Part shown: positions 25,292 through 35,014 of the stretch, one piece after another | Layout of the letters: every line of letters begins with the position of its first letter | How positions within the stretch are numbered: position 1 is the first letter of the stretch | DNA from: a virus | DNA: 64,000 nucleotides | Reading direction: 5' to 3' (one strand) | Virus record (IMG/VR): IMGVR_UViG_3300021256_000006 | Span: 35,954-99,953 of that record | Translations under genes and position numbers: made by a program | The notes under the pieces: model-generated | What the model was told of the DNA's origin: nothing | The model's database searches: none | Seen by the model: the letters and a program-made list of their open reading frames with translations, nothing else

Positions 25292-25942
25292 TCCCTCCTC
25301 CCCTGCGTCCAGCGGTTCGCCCGCTGGTTCATCCATCTTGTGTGTAATACGGTTCCCAACTTCCACTTCCTGCTTCTCCTTCAACTTATCCAGTGCTTTT
25401 TCAATCTTCTCATCATGTTCATCAATATGCGCATCCCATTGTCGCATAATGCCCAGCAAAGTCTTGTCGCCAATCGTTTTGCGGTCAGGGTCAAGCACCT
25501 CGACGTAGGGAGTGTACACAAAGGCTTGTGGTCTGATTTGCTTGTCTTCAACCTCCGGCTCTGGCTTGTCAAGTTGATTGGCTCTTGTCAGCACCTTGGC
25601 AGCATCGAGCATGCCTTTTCGGTCGTTCACTGCCGCAGAATCTCGCATGACCTTTTCGCTGGCCCAGTTCACCAGGTCTTTCGCCTTCTGCCGTGTCATG
25701 CGCTGAAAGTTGTTGCGGATATACTCGAAGTAAACCATGTCCTCAGCAATCATGGACGGTGAATGTTTGAACTTCCACCGTAGGCACTGAACCACATCCA
25801 TGCAAGGATTCTCGTTGTACATGTCGTACAGCGAAAACAAGTCATTAAGCCTCTTGCGAACGTGCACAAGTTCCGTCAGTTCGTGTGCCGGAATGCCGTT
25901 CACGAAGTGTGACTGAATAAAAGGTGTCAAATCTGTCTTCAT
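25280..25942 (-). CDS. hypothetical protein (terminase small subunit candidate by position only)
   Basis: Start moved to ATG 25942, because the track's TTG start lies inside a heptamer array. It sits directly upstream of terL. No motif support. Confidence 0.5.
   Translation of the reverse strand: MKTDLTPFIQSHFVNGIPAHELTELVHVRKRLNDLFSLYDMYNENPCMDVVQCLRWKFKHSPSMIAEDMVYFEYIRNNFQRMTRQKAKDLVNWASEKVMRDSAAVNDRKGMLDAAKVLTRANQLDKPEPEVEDKQIRPQAFVYTPYVEVLDPDRKTIGDKTLLGIMRQWDAHIDEHDEKIEKALDKLKEKQEVEVGNRITHKMDEPAGEPLDAGEEGIDN
25302..25327 (+). repeat. hairpin element (loop TTCGC)
   Basis: CCTGCGTCCAGCGGTTCGCCCGCTGG, a 7-bp stem overlapping the 3' end of the minus gene 25280..25942. Confidence 0.8.
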
Positions 25943-25947
25943 ATAAC

Positions 25948-26045
25948 TGTCAACTATCAACTATCAACTATCAACTATCAATTCCTCATTCCTAATTCCT
26001 AACTCCTAATTCCTAACTCCTCACTCCTAACTCCTCACTCCTAAC
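25948..26045. repeat. heptamer microsatellites: (TRTCAAY)x5 then (TCCTMAY)x9
   Basis: Hand-phased contiguous 7-mers, 25948-25982 and 25983-26045. Confidence 0.9.
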
Positions 26046-26349
26046 TCATCATTCTCAATTTCATCTCTTTCTCTATCTCTTTCAGCAGTATTTTTTTTTC
26101 TGCCTTTTCGTCTGCGAGGCTCTTGATGGCTGTGTCGTATTGGTCCTGTGCCATCTTCATGTGGCGGTCAAGTTCTTCAATCGCGCCCTCGGCCCATGGA
26201 AGGAATGAGGCAAGCGCTTTCACTTCCGTATCCATTGCTTTTTCCTCTTCGTCCGTGAATGGCACCATGGGGCGCTCATGCATGACTCTTAAATACTCTT
26301 GTTCCATCTCTTTCAGGTATTTACACTTTGCGCACAACGCTCTCCACAA
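26041..26349 (-). CDS. hypothetical coiled-coil protein
   Basis: 102-aa ORF. The start is uncertain (alternative ATG at 26307), and the stop lies in the heptamer array. Confidence 0.5.
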   Translation of the reverse strand: MWRALCAKCKYLKEMEQEYLRVMHERPMVPFTDEEEKAMDTEVKALASFLPWAEGAIEELDRHMKMAQDQYDTAIKSLADEKAEKKILLKEIEKEMKLRMMS

Positions 26350-26776
26350 ACACCATCATTGATTTTTGGTCGTAGATTCCGACATACAAAGGCTTTACGT
26401 CTTGGTCAACGACCGTGAAATGCAGCAAGTGCACTTCTTCTTTCTTCACACCGTCCGATTCTCCTGCACTTCTGCGCTCATGATTCACATGGGCGAGAAT
26501 ACGGTCTAAATAGAACTTGACCTGCTCTTCAAACACCAGCTCTTCAAACCATGAGTGATTCAAGATGGCAACAATTTTGAGCAGCCATTTCTTCCAGCGT
26601 GCCATTTTGTGCGCACGCAAAGCAAAGTCAAACATACTTGTATCAAGGAGTTCCTGATACAAGTCCTGACGGATAAAGACATGAGGCGTGTCAACGTCCA
26701 CCGCCAAACGGTCATTTTTTAATTCGTCCCTAATATTCATATTCCTAATTATCAATTGTCTAATGTCTAATGTCAA
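26321..26776 (-). CDS. hypothetical protein
   Basis: 151-aa ORF in the minus-strand morphogenesis block. Confidence 0.55.
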   Translation of the reverse strand: MTLDIRQLIIRNMNIRDELKNDRLAVDVDTPHVFIRQDLYQELLDTSMFDFALRAHKMARWKKWLLKIVAILNHSWFEELVFEEQVKFYLDRILAHVNHERRSAGESDGVKKEEVHLLHFTVVDQDVKPLYVGIYDQKSMMVFVESVVRKV

Positions 26777-26798
26777 AAGTCACAGGCCGAATGGCAAT

Positions 26799-26861
26799 TA
26801 TCAACTGTCAACTGTCAACTATCAACTATCAATTCCTAATTCCTCATTCCTAATTCCTAAT
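26799..26861. repeat. heptamer microsatellites: (TRTCAAY)x5 then (TCCTMAT)x4
   Basis: Hand-phased 7-mers. The array overlaps the stop codon of 26857..27489. Confidence 0.9.
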
Positions 26862-27489
26862 TCCGATAAGGCCTACTTTTCACGTCCACATAATTGTCCT
26901 CCAGCGTATAATCATCGGTGGACCCGTTCTTAAACGGAGCGTGCAGGAGCCGTGCAACCTCTCCCCCAATCTCTGCACCAATTAGGTTAGCGATATGGAT
27001 GTCAATCAGCACGCCAGCCTCGCTCATCAGCTTATAACTGATACGCTCAACTTGTCTTCTAATCTCGCTTCGCAGAAACGGTCTGGGTCTGTGGGTCTCC
27101 TCACGTCTCGCGTTTTGTGGCACCCCGCTGAAGGATGCTTTCAAGGCGCTATATCCGTATGTCGAAATCTGTGGCGCTTGAATGTTCTTACTCTTTACAC
27201 CAACCTTTTTCCCAAGGTCTTTATCCACGCCATAATACTTACCTACGGCCTGTTCCACGCAGTCTCCGTAGTTCCAGTAAAAAAACTCAACAAGAGCCTC
27301 GTTCCCTCCGGCGTTGGTGTGAACAAGCGCCCTTATGCTGTCGCGCAAAGCTCCGGTGTTATAGATATTCATGCGGTCTATATGGTCAAAAATTTTTCCG
27401 ACCGTATCTACCACAAAATAATGAAGGATAATGTAAACTTCCGAGGAAAATTTACGCTCCAGGTCTATTCTGCTATCTAATTGCGCCAT
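26857..27489 (-). CDS. hypothetical virion morphogenesis protein (weak HK97 gp10-like resemblance)
   Basis: 'NTGALRDSI' resembles the tG.Lr.Si signature recalled for the HK97 gp10 tail-completion family. Context is structural. Confidence 0.5.
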   Translation of the reverse strand: MAQLDSRIDLERKFSSEVYIILHYFVVDTVGKIFDHIDRMNIYNTGALRDSIRALVHTNAGGNEALVEFFYWNYGDCVEQAVGKYYGVDKDLGKKVGVKSKNIQAPQISTYGYSALKASFSGVPQNARREETHRPRPFLRSEIRRQVERISYKLMSEAGVLIDIHIANLIGAEIGGEVARLLHAPFKNGSTDDYTLEDNYVDVKSRPYRN

Positions 27490-27497
27490 ACACTAAC

Positions 27498-27633
27498 CGT
27501 TTTCGTTTTCGTCTTCGTTTTGGTTTTCGTTTCTCCTGCGCTCAGCGGTTTTCCCGCTGGCCCTCTCTCCTCGTCTCTCCCGCCGTTTTCGTTTTCGTTT
27601 TCGTTTCTACTGCGCTCAGCGGTTTTCCCGCTG
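27498..27633 (+). repeat. composite cassette: (TTTTCG)n - hairpin - CT-rich - (TTTTCG)n - hairpin
   Basis: Hairpins at 27535-27559 and 27609-27633, each preceded by CGTTTTCGTTTTCG-type hexamer runs. Confidence 0.85.
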
Positions 27634-27650
27634 ATTCTCTCCCCCCCCCA

Positions 27651-28148
27651 TCAGCAATAATTGAACGGCATAACCACATTGACGTGCAGCACCACACTCT
27701 CCCAACCGTCTCCAAACGGACCGGTTGTGTCCCAGCTTAGATTGTCCACATCAATCCAGAAAGCCAGCCCCATTGTATGATTCTTTTTGGCATCTTTGTG
27801 CGCAGAGACAAGGTCTTTGACAAACGCCTCAGTCATGTTTTGGGCGCGGTCAAGCGCTGCCGCCAGCCCTTGTGCGTTGGCATAGTCTGGCTCTCGGGCA
27901 TTCATGTACAGTTCAAACGTGGCATACTTGAAGTCGCCTCTTTTCCCACCGCCATAATTGAGGTCCATCATGGTAGAGTGAAATATCTCATTGCTCGCAT
28001 GCTGCAGCATGTCCATCTTGCCCGCAAAGCCGTTGGCCAAAAAGCACGCATCACGTTCTTCTTGGTTGCCAGTGATTCCCAATGCCTGGTGCATTCTGTC
28101 TGCAGTCCATATCTGCAAATACTCGAACATTTCTTCTCGCAGTGTCAT
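27651..28148 (-). CDS. hypothetical protein
   Basis: 165-aa ORF. No motif recognised. Confidence 0.55.
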   Translation of the reverse strand: MTLREEMFEYLQIWTADRMHQALGITGNQEERDACFLANGFAGKMDMLQHASNEIFHSTMMDLNYGGGKRGDFKYATFELYMNAREPDYANAQGLAAALDRAQNMTEAFVKDLVSAHKDAKKNHTMGLAFWIDVDNLSWDTTGPFGDGWESVVLHVNVVMPFNYC

Positions 28149-28166
28149 ATTGATAACCGTTAATTG

Positions 28167-29174
28167 TTACTTTTTTCTTTTGACTTTTTTCCACTCCTTG
28201 CTTTCTTTCGCCATAGCGTCCAGCCGTTCAAGAATCACGCCTACTGGCTCCTGATTCACGGCTTCCACATTGGGATAGCCAGCATACTTCATCACCGCAT
28301 TGTCTGTGCCGAGCTTGGCCACATACATGTCTGTGTTCTTTCCAGAAGTTCCACCCTTGGAAATCAAATCGGGGAACCGCCCGTGGTAATAAGCAAGACT
28401 GCTCTGTACTAATTGCCACAGAATAGCAAATAGCCATGCAGGTGCTTTATCCATTTTCTCTGCAATACGCTCATGTGAAGAGCTGGAATAAGGGAATACT
28501 CTCCTTTGTGTGACAAAAGAGAAGCCGCGCTTGTCGTTTGCATCGTCAATCTTCTGCTCTTCTTTCACGGTTGGCAACAGCAACGATGCCAGGAAACTGT
28601 TTTTGTACACCTTCAGCAACTTCAGCAGTTCGGCATTGTTGGATTGGTCAAGTTTCTCCATCACATTCATCATGCCCATCATGTAAATCTGCATCGTACC
28701 GTATTGACCATACCGTACAGACCGTTCGTCGTTCCCTATGAATGAAGGCAATGCAAATGTCTCTCCGTCAATCGTGACAAACTTCTCCGGAAGTTTCAGC
28801 AGACCTTCTTTTTTTTCCAGCCATCGTGTCGATTCATGCACAAGCTCCACAAACGAACGCTTGTCCATCACAAGAACCTCACTCTGTTCTTTACGTTTCA
28901 TCCACACGCAACTCCCAGACTTCGTGGTCTCGTTCTCCAGCCAGCGTACTAACTCGTCTAAACGTGAATCTTCTTTGTCGAGAGGGCTAACACCCAGACC
29001 AAGCACGCTGACATTGGAGACAATCTCGAACTCTTGAACACGCTCCATCAGGTTTAATGCTTGCTTCTTGTCTTCAGGCACCGTATAGTTCCGTTCAATG
29101 GAATGGTAGCGTACCAATTCGTCCCACGAAAGGTCTGTCCATCTTGTTTTATATGCAAGCGCTGTCGTTTTCAT
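28167..29174 (-). CDS. hypothetical protein
   Basis: Start moved to ATG 29174 (MKTTALAYK...). A TATATTTG box (minus, 29179-29186) lies immediately upstream. Confidence 0.6.
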   Translation of the reverse strand: MKTTALAYKTRWTDLSWDELVRYHSIERNYTVPEDKKQALNLMERVQEFEIVSNVSVLGLGVSPLDKEDSRLDELVRWLENETTKSGSCVWMKRKEQSEVLVMDKRSFVELVHESTRWLEKKEGLLKLPEKFVTIDGETFALPSFIGNDERSVRYGQYGTMQIYMMGMMNVMEKLDQSNNAELLKLLKVYKNSFLASLLLPTVKEEQKIDDANDKRGFSFVTQRRVFPYSSSSHERIAEKMDKAPAWLFAILWQLVQSSLAYYHGRFPDLISKGGTSGKNTDMYVAKLGTDNAVMKYAGYPNVEAVNQEPVGVILERLDAMAKESKEWKKVKRKK

Positions 29175-29270
29175 GCGCCAAATATAATAAAAAGTTTGCT
29201 GAAACAAACAAAAAAGAGAATCAAATTACATAAATGGTTTATATTTGTACGCATAACAAAAAATAATTAC

Positions 29271-29278
29271 TATTTTTG
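29271..29278 (+). promoter_or_regulatory. -7 box TATTTTTG within the shared motif AATTACTATTTTTGCAC
   Basis: Matches TAnnTTTG, 41 nt upstream of ATG 29319. A near-identical motif occurs at 35001-35017. A second box, TATATTTG, sits at 29240-29247. Confidence 0.55.
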
Positions 29279-29318
29279 CACAAACTTATGGCAACATCAA
29301 ACGAAAAAACGAAACAGG

Positions 29319-30542
29319 ATGTATCATAATCTTATCCCAGTCAATCAGCGTCAGCAATATTTGGAATTGCTCGAAAATGCGGAAAGGCTTTTGCCTCTTT
29401 TGGCAAGGCATCCGGAACACTTTTCAATCATCCGTCGTGCAGCTTCGGCAGTGCGGGGCTCTGATACCGTGCTGGCGCGAATGAAACCACCATTGACTGC
29501 ACAGCAAAGGGTGGCATTGTCACAACTGATTCAGAAATCTCGTGCTTATGTGGATAATTTCTGGCCTCAAAATAAGGCACAAGGGAAGGAGAATCTGGAG
29601 AAGCCTGCAATCACGGGCGAAACGGACAAGCATGAAGCCGTCCCCCCTTCGCCAATTCCTTCTCCTGCGGCCATGAACGTGGTGCAGGTAGCACCGCGTA
29701 CTGCTGTCCAGCAGCCCGCACAAGCACCAGCTGAACCTAATACACCTCAAACGCTTGCACAATATATGCATACGCTATCGCATAAATTGCAGTGCCAGGC
29801 ATCTGTGCTCCCCATGAAATATGCAGAGCTGAATGACTTGCATGAGACATTGGATAGGCTGGTGCGCAGCCAACTGTCAAGCGACGGTCAATCGCTGAAT
29901 GTATCTGACAAGCCACACGCTCGTGAGTATTCTTATTATGCGAATAAGATTGACCTTCTTGTGCGCACAATTGATGCGTTTTGGAATCGTGTGCATGCTG
30001 AGAGAAAGGCTTTGGCCGGAGAACCTGTCACTCCTGAATACATGCAATTTCTTCAGGACGAGGAGAAAAAGTACCCGATGGATGATGCTGAACGGGCGTG
30101 GGGAGATTACACCAAAGCCGAAATTGAACAGCTCGCCGCCAAGGTGCAGAATGACACCGTGCCGCTCTTCCCTACTCCTGATGCACCATGTGCGCAGCAA
30201 CTCATTTATGCTCGGCAAGAAAGAAATAAGAAACTGCTTCGCAGAAGCCCGCAGCACACAAGCGAACGTGCTGTGCGTGAACGGGTGCTGGCCATGAATG
30301 AATTGTACGAATGGGGCATATTGCTGACGAAAAAGCAATGGGAGGTGCTGCAGTCGCTCGATATTGATGTCCCTAAAGAGTACATTGACCCATTTGTCAC
30401 CATGACTGACGAGGAGAGACGGGCGCATAAGCAGGAGCGTGAACGGAAGTATTACCACGAGAACAAGCCTGACGCTGTGAAAATGAAAGTGGGCCTCAAA
30501 CAGCGCCACTCAAAGACGCAGGATAACCCCTACAAATCATAA
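29319..30542 (+). CDS. hypothetical protein
   Basis: The in-frame ATG at 29319 is downstream of the promoter box. The upstream part of the track ORF overlaps the divergent gene. The product is 407 aa. Confidence 0.6.
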   Translation: MYHNLIPVNQRQQYLELLENAERLLPLLARHPEHFSIIRRAASAVRGSDTVLARMKPPLTAQQRVALSQLIQKSRAYVDNFWPQNKAQGKENLEKPAITGETDKHEAVPPSPIPSPAAMNVVQVAPRTAVQQPAQAPAEPNTPQTLAQYMHTLSHKLQCQASVLPMKYAELNDLHETLDRLVRSQLSSDGQSLNVSDKPHAREYSYYANKIDLLVRTIDAFWNRVHAERKALAGEPVTPEYMQFLQDEEKKYPMDDAERAWGDYTKAEIEQLAAKVQNDTVPLFPTPDAPCAQQLIYARQERNKKLLRRSPQHTSERAVRERVLAMNELYEWGILLTKKQWEVLQSLDIDVPKEYIDPFVTMTDEERRAHKQERERKYYHENKPDAVKMKVGLKQRHSKTQDNPYKS

Positions 30543-30552
30543 GCACCTGCTT

Positions 30553-30577
30553 CCTGCGCCCAACGGTTTCCCCGTTG
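30553..30577 (+). repeat. hairpin element, CAACGG/CCGTTG variant
   Basis: CCTGCGCCCAACGGTTTCCCCGTTG, 11 nt after the stop at 30542. Confidence 0.8.
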
Positions 30578-30591
30578 TCCCAATTCCCAAC

Positions 30592-30668
30592 TCTCAACTG
30601 TCAACTCTCAATTGTCAACTATCAATTCCTCATTCCCAATTCCTCATTCCTAATTCCTCATTCCTAAT
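30592..30668. repeat. heptamer microsatellites: (TNTCAAY)x5 then (TCCYMAT)x6
   Basis: Hand-phased 7-mers lying between hairpin 30553-30577 and gene 30683. Confidence 0.9.
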
Positions 30669-30682
30669 TATAAATTCTCCCC

Positions 30683-33646
30683 ATGCTATCACTTCAAATT
30701 TATATCCAAGAAGCCTGGAGCGAACTGGTGCTTGACCCAGAAACAAGTATCCCAATTGAGGATGTGAACCCTATCTTTGACATCAAAGGTGGTGGGTCAT
30801 TTTCGCGCCAGTTCACAGTTCCATTGGAACTGAATCAGCATATCTTCCCGACGGTTGTCAATCATCATGGCCGGGATGTGTACAAGTGTGTATATCACAA
30901 GCCTTTCCGTTTGTATAGCGGAGGAGAACCGCTGATGCAGGGAATCGTGGATTTGGATGAGGAGGTTGAAATCGAAGAACGGGATGACGGGACACACGAA
31001 ATAGAAATCTCGCTCTGCGCAAAGAATCAGGACTTGTCGGAACTGCTTGATGGCGTCGAGGCGCAGGACATACCGCTGAAGGACAGAATACCTGTGGGTA
31101 GCGAGGTGCACTCGCTGGAAGGCACGGTTTCTGGGCACTATTATCTGACTCCGGAAACTGTGTACACGTCAAAAATATCTATCGACTTGCCGCCAAAGGT
31201 GTTCTCGCTGAATAAGTATAAGCCGAACATGGATGGCACCGGCGCGTGGATTGATGCGACAAATGTCAGCGAGCCTTATCCGGCAAAACCGTATTGCAAT
31301 GTAGAGGTCTGTGTGCAGAAACGGGAGAAGCAGTCAGACGGTTCTTATAAGACGCTGCGTGAATATGAGGTGTTCGGCGCGGACAGACCAAACTCGGGTC
31401 TCTGTTTCTATGTGCAGTATTTCTTGGATTGCCTCTTTGCCCATATCGGAGTGGCATATGACAATGCGGCGTTGAGGGCTGTGGAGGATTTGAACAGACT
31501 GGCGTTCTTTAACACAAAATGTGAATGCGATGCACAGCAAACTGCTTTCCAATTAAGGGAAGAGTTTGACTGGCCAGGAGAAGTGGCTATCAGGGAGTTT
31601 TCTGCATTGTTTGACAAGGTGACTGTCGAGGCTAAGAACTCGAGTCCTAAAGGATACTTAATGGTGGGCTCGTCGTTGCATGAATACATCTATTCCACAA
31701 GACTAAAAGCAAATGTGTGGACGAAGTATGCAAGTCCAAGGAATTTCCCGAAAGAGAAAGCGGTTGATATTTTGAACAGCATCCAAGAGGCTTTTGGCAT
31801 TCGGTTTATCTTTGACTCGCAGCGCCAAAGGTGTAAGGCTGTTCTGGTGAAAGATGTGATGAGGAAGATGAACGCAGTCCGTCATGGCGCAATATTGCAT
31901 GACGTGTATCACATCGACAACGATGTGCGGGGCGTGAAGATGTCTTACGGACAGGAAGGAACGGATTATAACTATAACCCCGACGACGACAATTCGGTGG
32001 TGGATGTGCGACTGGGATATAGCAAAATACGCGACGAGCGTGGAATATATGACAAGCGCACATTCTACGACCAGCAGACGGGAAATATGTACCGAATTAA
32101 GGTGGATGAAGATGCAAAAACCGTGGAGGAATTGTACCCTTCTCTTTTTGAGGTCGGACAATTTCAGGATGCTATAGTGGGCGACACGACGGATGAGGAA
32201 AAGACTAAAAATGTTGAGGTGTCTTTTACCCCGGTTGTCAGCAACGTCGTGGAGTATGTGGATAAAAAGCAGGATGTGGTAACGACGAACAGTTCAAGCA
32301 GCCGAGGGCGTGGCGTACAGTTAAGAACTGCAGCGCCAACAAGTCAGGATTGCCACTATGCTGTATTTCTTCCCGTTGAAATGGATGACGAAGAAAAACA
32401 GACGGTTTCTGCGTCTGTCTATTCTGTCATGTCGGGCAGGGGTGTACACCCTGAGCTTTATATTTTTCAGTATTACGAGCTGAAGGCAACGTATGTAACA
32501 AGGTATGGCTATGCTGATAACTATCTTTCTGCGAACAAGAAATATAGTGAATCGCAACGGGATTCATACACAAATAGCAGAAGGCGGACGAGTGCTCTAA
32601 ACCAAAACGGAATAACGAACAGGGATGCGCTGAAGCCTATTGCTGCATACGACGAGGATCCGCTGGAGTCTTATGATGCTGGATTCATGCTGGGCATCAT
32701 GCGGGGTCCTGGCAATGAGGCAGGTGTCGATGTGGTGAATGAGAATTATGATAACAACGGAAATGCACAATGGGCACAGGTGTCTGCGCTCCCTGCCTTT
32801 ACAGCGGATTCGATTGACCAATACGGGAACGATTTTGACTACAACGGTCAAGGAGAAGGGGGTGTCTCTGGTGAAGGTCGTTTCTCCCTTAAACTGCAGG
32901 TGGAGAAAAGAAGCAAGGTGCAAACAATGTCGATTGAGAATAATTCGGCATGGGTTCGCACAAAGAAGGAGGCGGAATATTGGATTGCTTATCTGTTTTC
33001 ACCAGAGCAAGAACAGAATCTGTTTACGTTTGCTCCACGAAAAATGACTGATGTACAAAATGCTGGATGGGATGTGACGGGATTCACAGACGAATACACG
33101 GCTTTTTATCCAGTCTTGCGCACAATCGTGGTGGGCGAGTATCAATATACGGTACTTCTCAATGCTATCATGCATGATGGCACGATTCTCACGCCACAAG
33201 AAATTCAAGAGTACATAGATGACCAAGGTGGAAGTCGCGCTCCTGCTGCTGTGAATGACAGTCTTGGCATCTTGATAAAGGATGATGCTACGGAAAAGGA
33301 CGGCACGGACTTGTATGCGCTGATGCAGTTGTTTTATATGCCTGACACCGCACAGCCGTATCTTCTTACAGGCTTGCCTGAAACAGCAACAACGAACTTC
33401 TATCCCATTAACTCGTCTGCCGCGCATCGTGGGTTGCTGCATAAGTTTAATTATGAATATTTCAAGTTCTTGGTGGAATCAAGGGTTGCGGTCATCACCA
33501 CAACAATGACGGTCCAGGAGCTGAGAGAGCTTGACATGATGGAGTGGCACACGTTTGGCACCTATACGGGGCTAATAGAAAAGACGTCTTACCGAGTCAC
33601 GGACAACGGCCTCTCCACGGTCATTATCCATCTCCGCTATCTGTAA
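30683..33646 (+). CDS. large virion-associated protein (tail/baseplate candidate by context)
   Basis: 987-aa ORF at the head of the + strand structural block. No motif recognised. Confidence 0.6.
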   Translation: MLSLQIYIQEAWSELVLDPETSIPIEDVNPIFDIKGGGSFSRQFTVPLELNQHIFPTVVNHHGRDVYKCVYHKPFRLYSGGEPLMQGIVDLDEEVEIEERDDGTHEIEISLCAKNQDLSELLDGVEAQDIPLKDRIPVGSEVHSLEGTVSGHYYLTPETVYTSKISIDLPPKVFSLNKYKPNMDGTGAWIDATNVSEPYPAKPYCNVEVCVQKREKQSDGSYKTLREYEVFGADRPNSGLCFYVQYFLDCLFAHIGVAYDNAALRAVEDLNRLAFFNTKCECDAQQTAFQLREEFDWPGEVAIREFSALFDKVTVEAKNSSPKGYLMVGSSLHEYIYSTRLKANVWTKYASPRNFPKEKAVDILNSIQEAFGIRFIFDSQRQRCKAVLVKDVMRKMNAVRHGAILHDVYHIDNDVRGVKMSYGQEGTDYNYNPDDDNSVVDVRLGYSKIRDERGIYDKRTFYDQQTGNMYRIKVDEDAKTVEELYPSLFEVGQFQDAIVGDTTDEEKTKNVEVSFTPVVSNVVEYVDKKQDVVTTNSSSSRGRGVQLRTAAPTSQDCHYAVFLPVEMDDEEKQTVSASVYSVMSGRGVHPELYIFQYYELKATYVTRYGYADNYLSANKKYSESQRDSYTNSRRRTSALNQNGITNRDALKPIAAYDEDPLESYDAGFMLGIMRGPGNEAGVDVVNENYDNNGNAQWAQVSALPAFTADSIDQYGNDFDYNGQGEGGVSGEGRFSLKLQVEKRSKVQTMSIENNSAWVRTKKEAEYWIAYLFSPEQEQNLFTFAPRKMTDVQNAGWDVTGFTDEYTAFYPVLRTIVVGEYQYTVLLNAIMHDGTILTPQEIQEYIDDQGGSRAPAAVNDSLGILIKDDATEKDGTDLYALMQLFYMPDTAQPYLLTGLPETATTNFYPINSSAAHRGLLHKFNYEYFKFLVESRVAVITTTMTVQELRELDMMEWHTFGTYTGLIEKTSYRVTDNGLSTVIIHLRYL

Positions 33647-33654
33647 GCCCCCGC

Positions 33655-33760
33655 CCTGCGTCCAGCGGTTTTCCCGCTGGCCCTCTCGTTTTCGTCTTCG
33701 TTTTCGTCTTCGTTTTCGTCCCCTCGTCCTTCTCCCCTGCGCTCAGCGGTTTTCCCGCTG
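33655..33760 (+). repeat. composite cassette: hairpin - (TTTTCG/TCTTCG)n - hairpin
   Basis: Hairpins at 33655-33679 and 33736-33760 flank CGTTTTCGTCTTCGTTTTCGTCTTCGTTTTCG. Confidence 0.85.
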
Positions 33761-33807
33761 AATCTACAAAATAAAACCAACAACTACACACCTAATCCCA
33801 AAAACAA

Positions 33808-34956
33808 ATGACTATCTCAACAGACATCCTCAACAATTACAAGCACATTTTTGCTGGCGACCCCATCATCGTCAGGGCACAAACCAGCAATGCTGACGCT
33901 CCAGCTTCTGCGGTGCTGGCGCAATTGGTTGTTAGAGTGCTTGTGCATCTGCCTAACGAAATCACACACACGCATGATATTGCACAGCAGTTTATGCCGG
34001 GCGACACGGTGTTTGCTGACATATCATCTGCCTTGCAAACAGAATATCAACTGATGGATAGGACCAATGAGCCTTCTGCAGACGTCCTTGATAACCTGGA
34101 GCCGGGCGTCACATCAACGGAATATTATTATCCGTTTAGTTTCTCGTTGCAGGCGTTTGTGCGATACTTGCAGAATGGCACAGAGTATTCGGGAGAGAAC
34201 AACCCTGTCACAGTGATTGAAAACGTGCATGTTCTTAGGGGGCATCTTCTTCCTAATCTGCGAAGGATTATCAATAGCCCGTCTGCGGCAGTCGCTGAGT
34301 TCGCGCCTCTCTTAACGACAAAGCCTCACATCCCTGTTGATGTTATCTACCCTGCTCCTGCTGCTCCTGTTCTCTTGGAGACCGTCAACGCTGGAGACCC
34401 TTATGCTTATTCTGTATTTGATACGGAACCTACGCCGACAGTCACATCCTCGTATATGATTGCAGATGCTGATAGCGATGAGCCTTATCCACAAATCGTT
34501 CCTGTTGATGGGCTCTCTTCTGTCTTGGTAATTGACCCGTCTCCTGACCGACAACTGCTTGTGTTTAGAAATTCAATGGGTGTGCTTGAGACATTCTCTT
34601 CCATCACATTGAAGAAAACGTCTGTGAATAGAACATCGGAGCGGCTGGCATCTGTTCTCCCTCCTTCTTACGCTCAAAAGGAGAATGTGCTGAACAGCTC
34701 TGTATTTCCTAATCAAACCATCGAAATGTCAACGGGATTCTTGCCTACTGAATGGGCTGATTGGTTTGTCGGGGAAGTGCTGACCGCTGAATATGTGTGG
34801 ATACCGATGAAGACCCGTCACCCAAAGACAGGTACGGAATCATTTTTGTTTGTCCCTGTATATTTGGAGGTGGATAACGAGTTGGTAATGGAAGACTTAA
34901 AGACCACAAGCATACCGGAGGTCAAATTTAAGGTGAAAATAAAACAAAAAGTGTAA
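33808..34956 (+). CDS. hypothetical structural protein
   Basis: 382-aa ORF lying between large structural genes. Confidence 0.6.
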   Translation: MTISTDILNNYKHIFAGDPIIVRAQTSNADAPASAVLAQLVVRVLVHLPNEITHTHDIAQQFMPGDTVFADISSALQTEYQLMDRTNEPSADVLDNLEPGVTSTEYYYPFSFSLQAFVRYLQNGTEYSGENNPVTVIENVHVLRGHLLPNLRRIINSPSAAVAEFAPLLTTKPHIPVDVIYPAPAAPVLLETVNAGDPYAYSVFDTEPTPTVTSSYMIADADSDEPYPQIVPVDGLSSVLVIDPSPDRQLLVFRNSMGVLETFSSITLKKTSVNRTSERLASVLPPSYAQKENVLNSSVFPNQTIEMSTGFLPTEWADWFVGEVLTAEYVWIPMKTRHPKTGTESFLFVPVYLEVDNELVMEDLKTTSIPEVKFKVKIKQKV

Positions 34957-35006
34957 AGTGTATTTCTTTTTTGTTTTTGTTTGTACACAAACAAAAAAAG
35001 AATTAC

Positions 35007-35014
35007 TATATTTG
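35007..35014 (+). promoter_or_regulatory. -7 box TATATTTG within the shared motif AATTACTATATTTGCAAC
   Basis: Matches TAnnTTTG, 21 nt upstream of ATG 35035. Confidence 0.55.

Noticed and set aside
29061-29318. The N-terminal extension of ORF 29061-30542, and the TTG start of 28167-29207.
   Set aside because: The extensions overlap each other on opposite strands and cover the divergent promoter boxes. The ATG starts at 29319 and 29174 lie directly downstream of TAnnTTTG boxes.
27535-33760. Paired hairpin elements 75-86 nt apart, considered as CRISPR arrays.
   Set aside because: Each locus has only two units. The 'spacers' are low-complexity TTTTCG or CT repeats rather than unique sequence. 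The same element is dispersed singly all over the genome.
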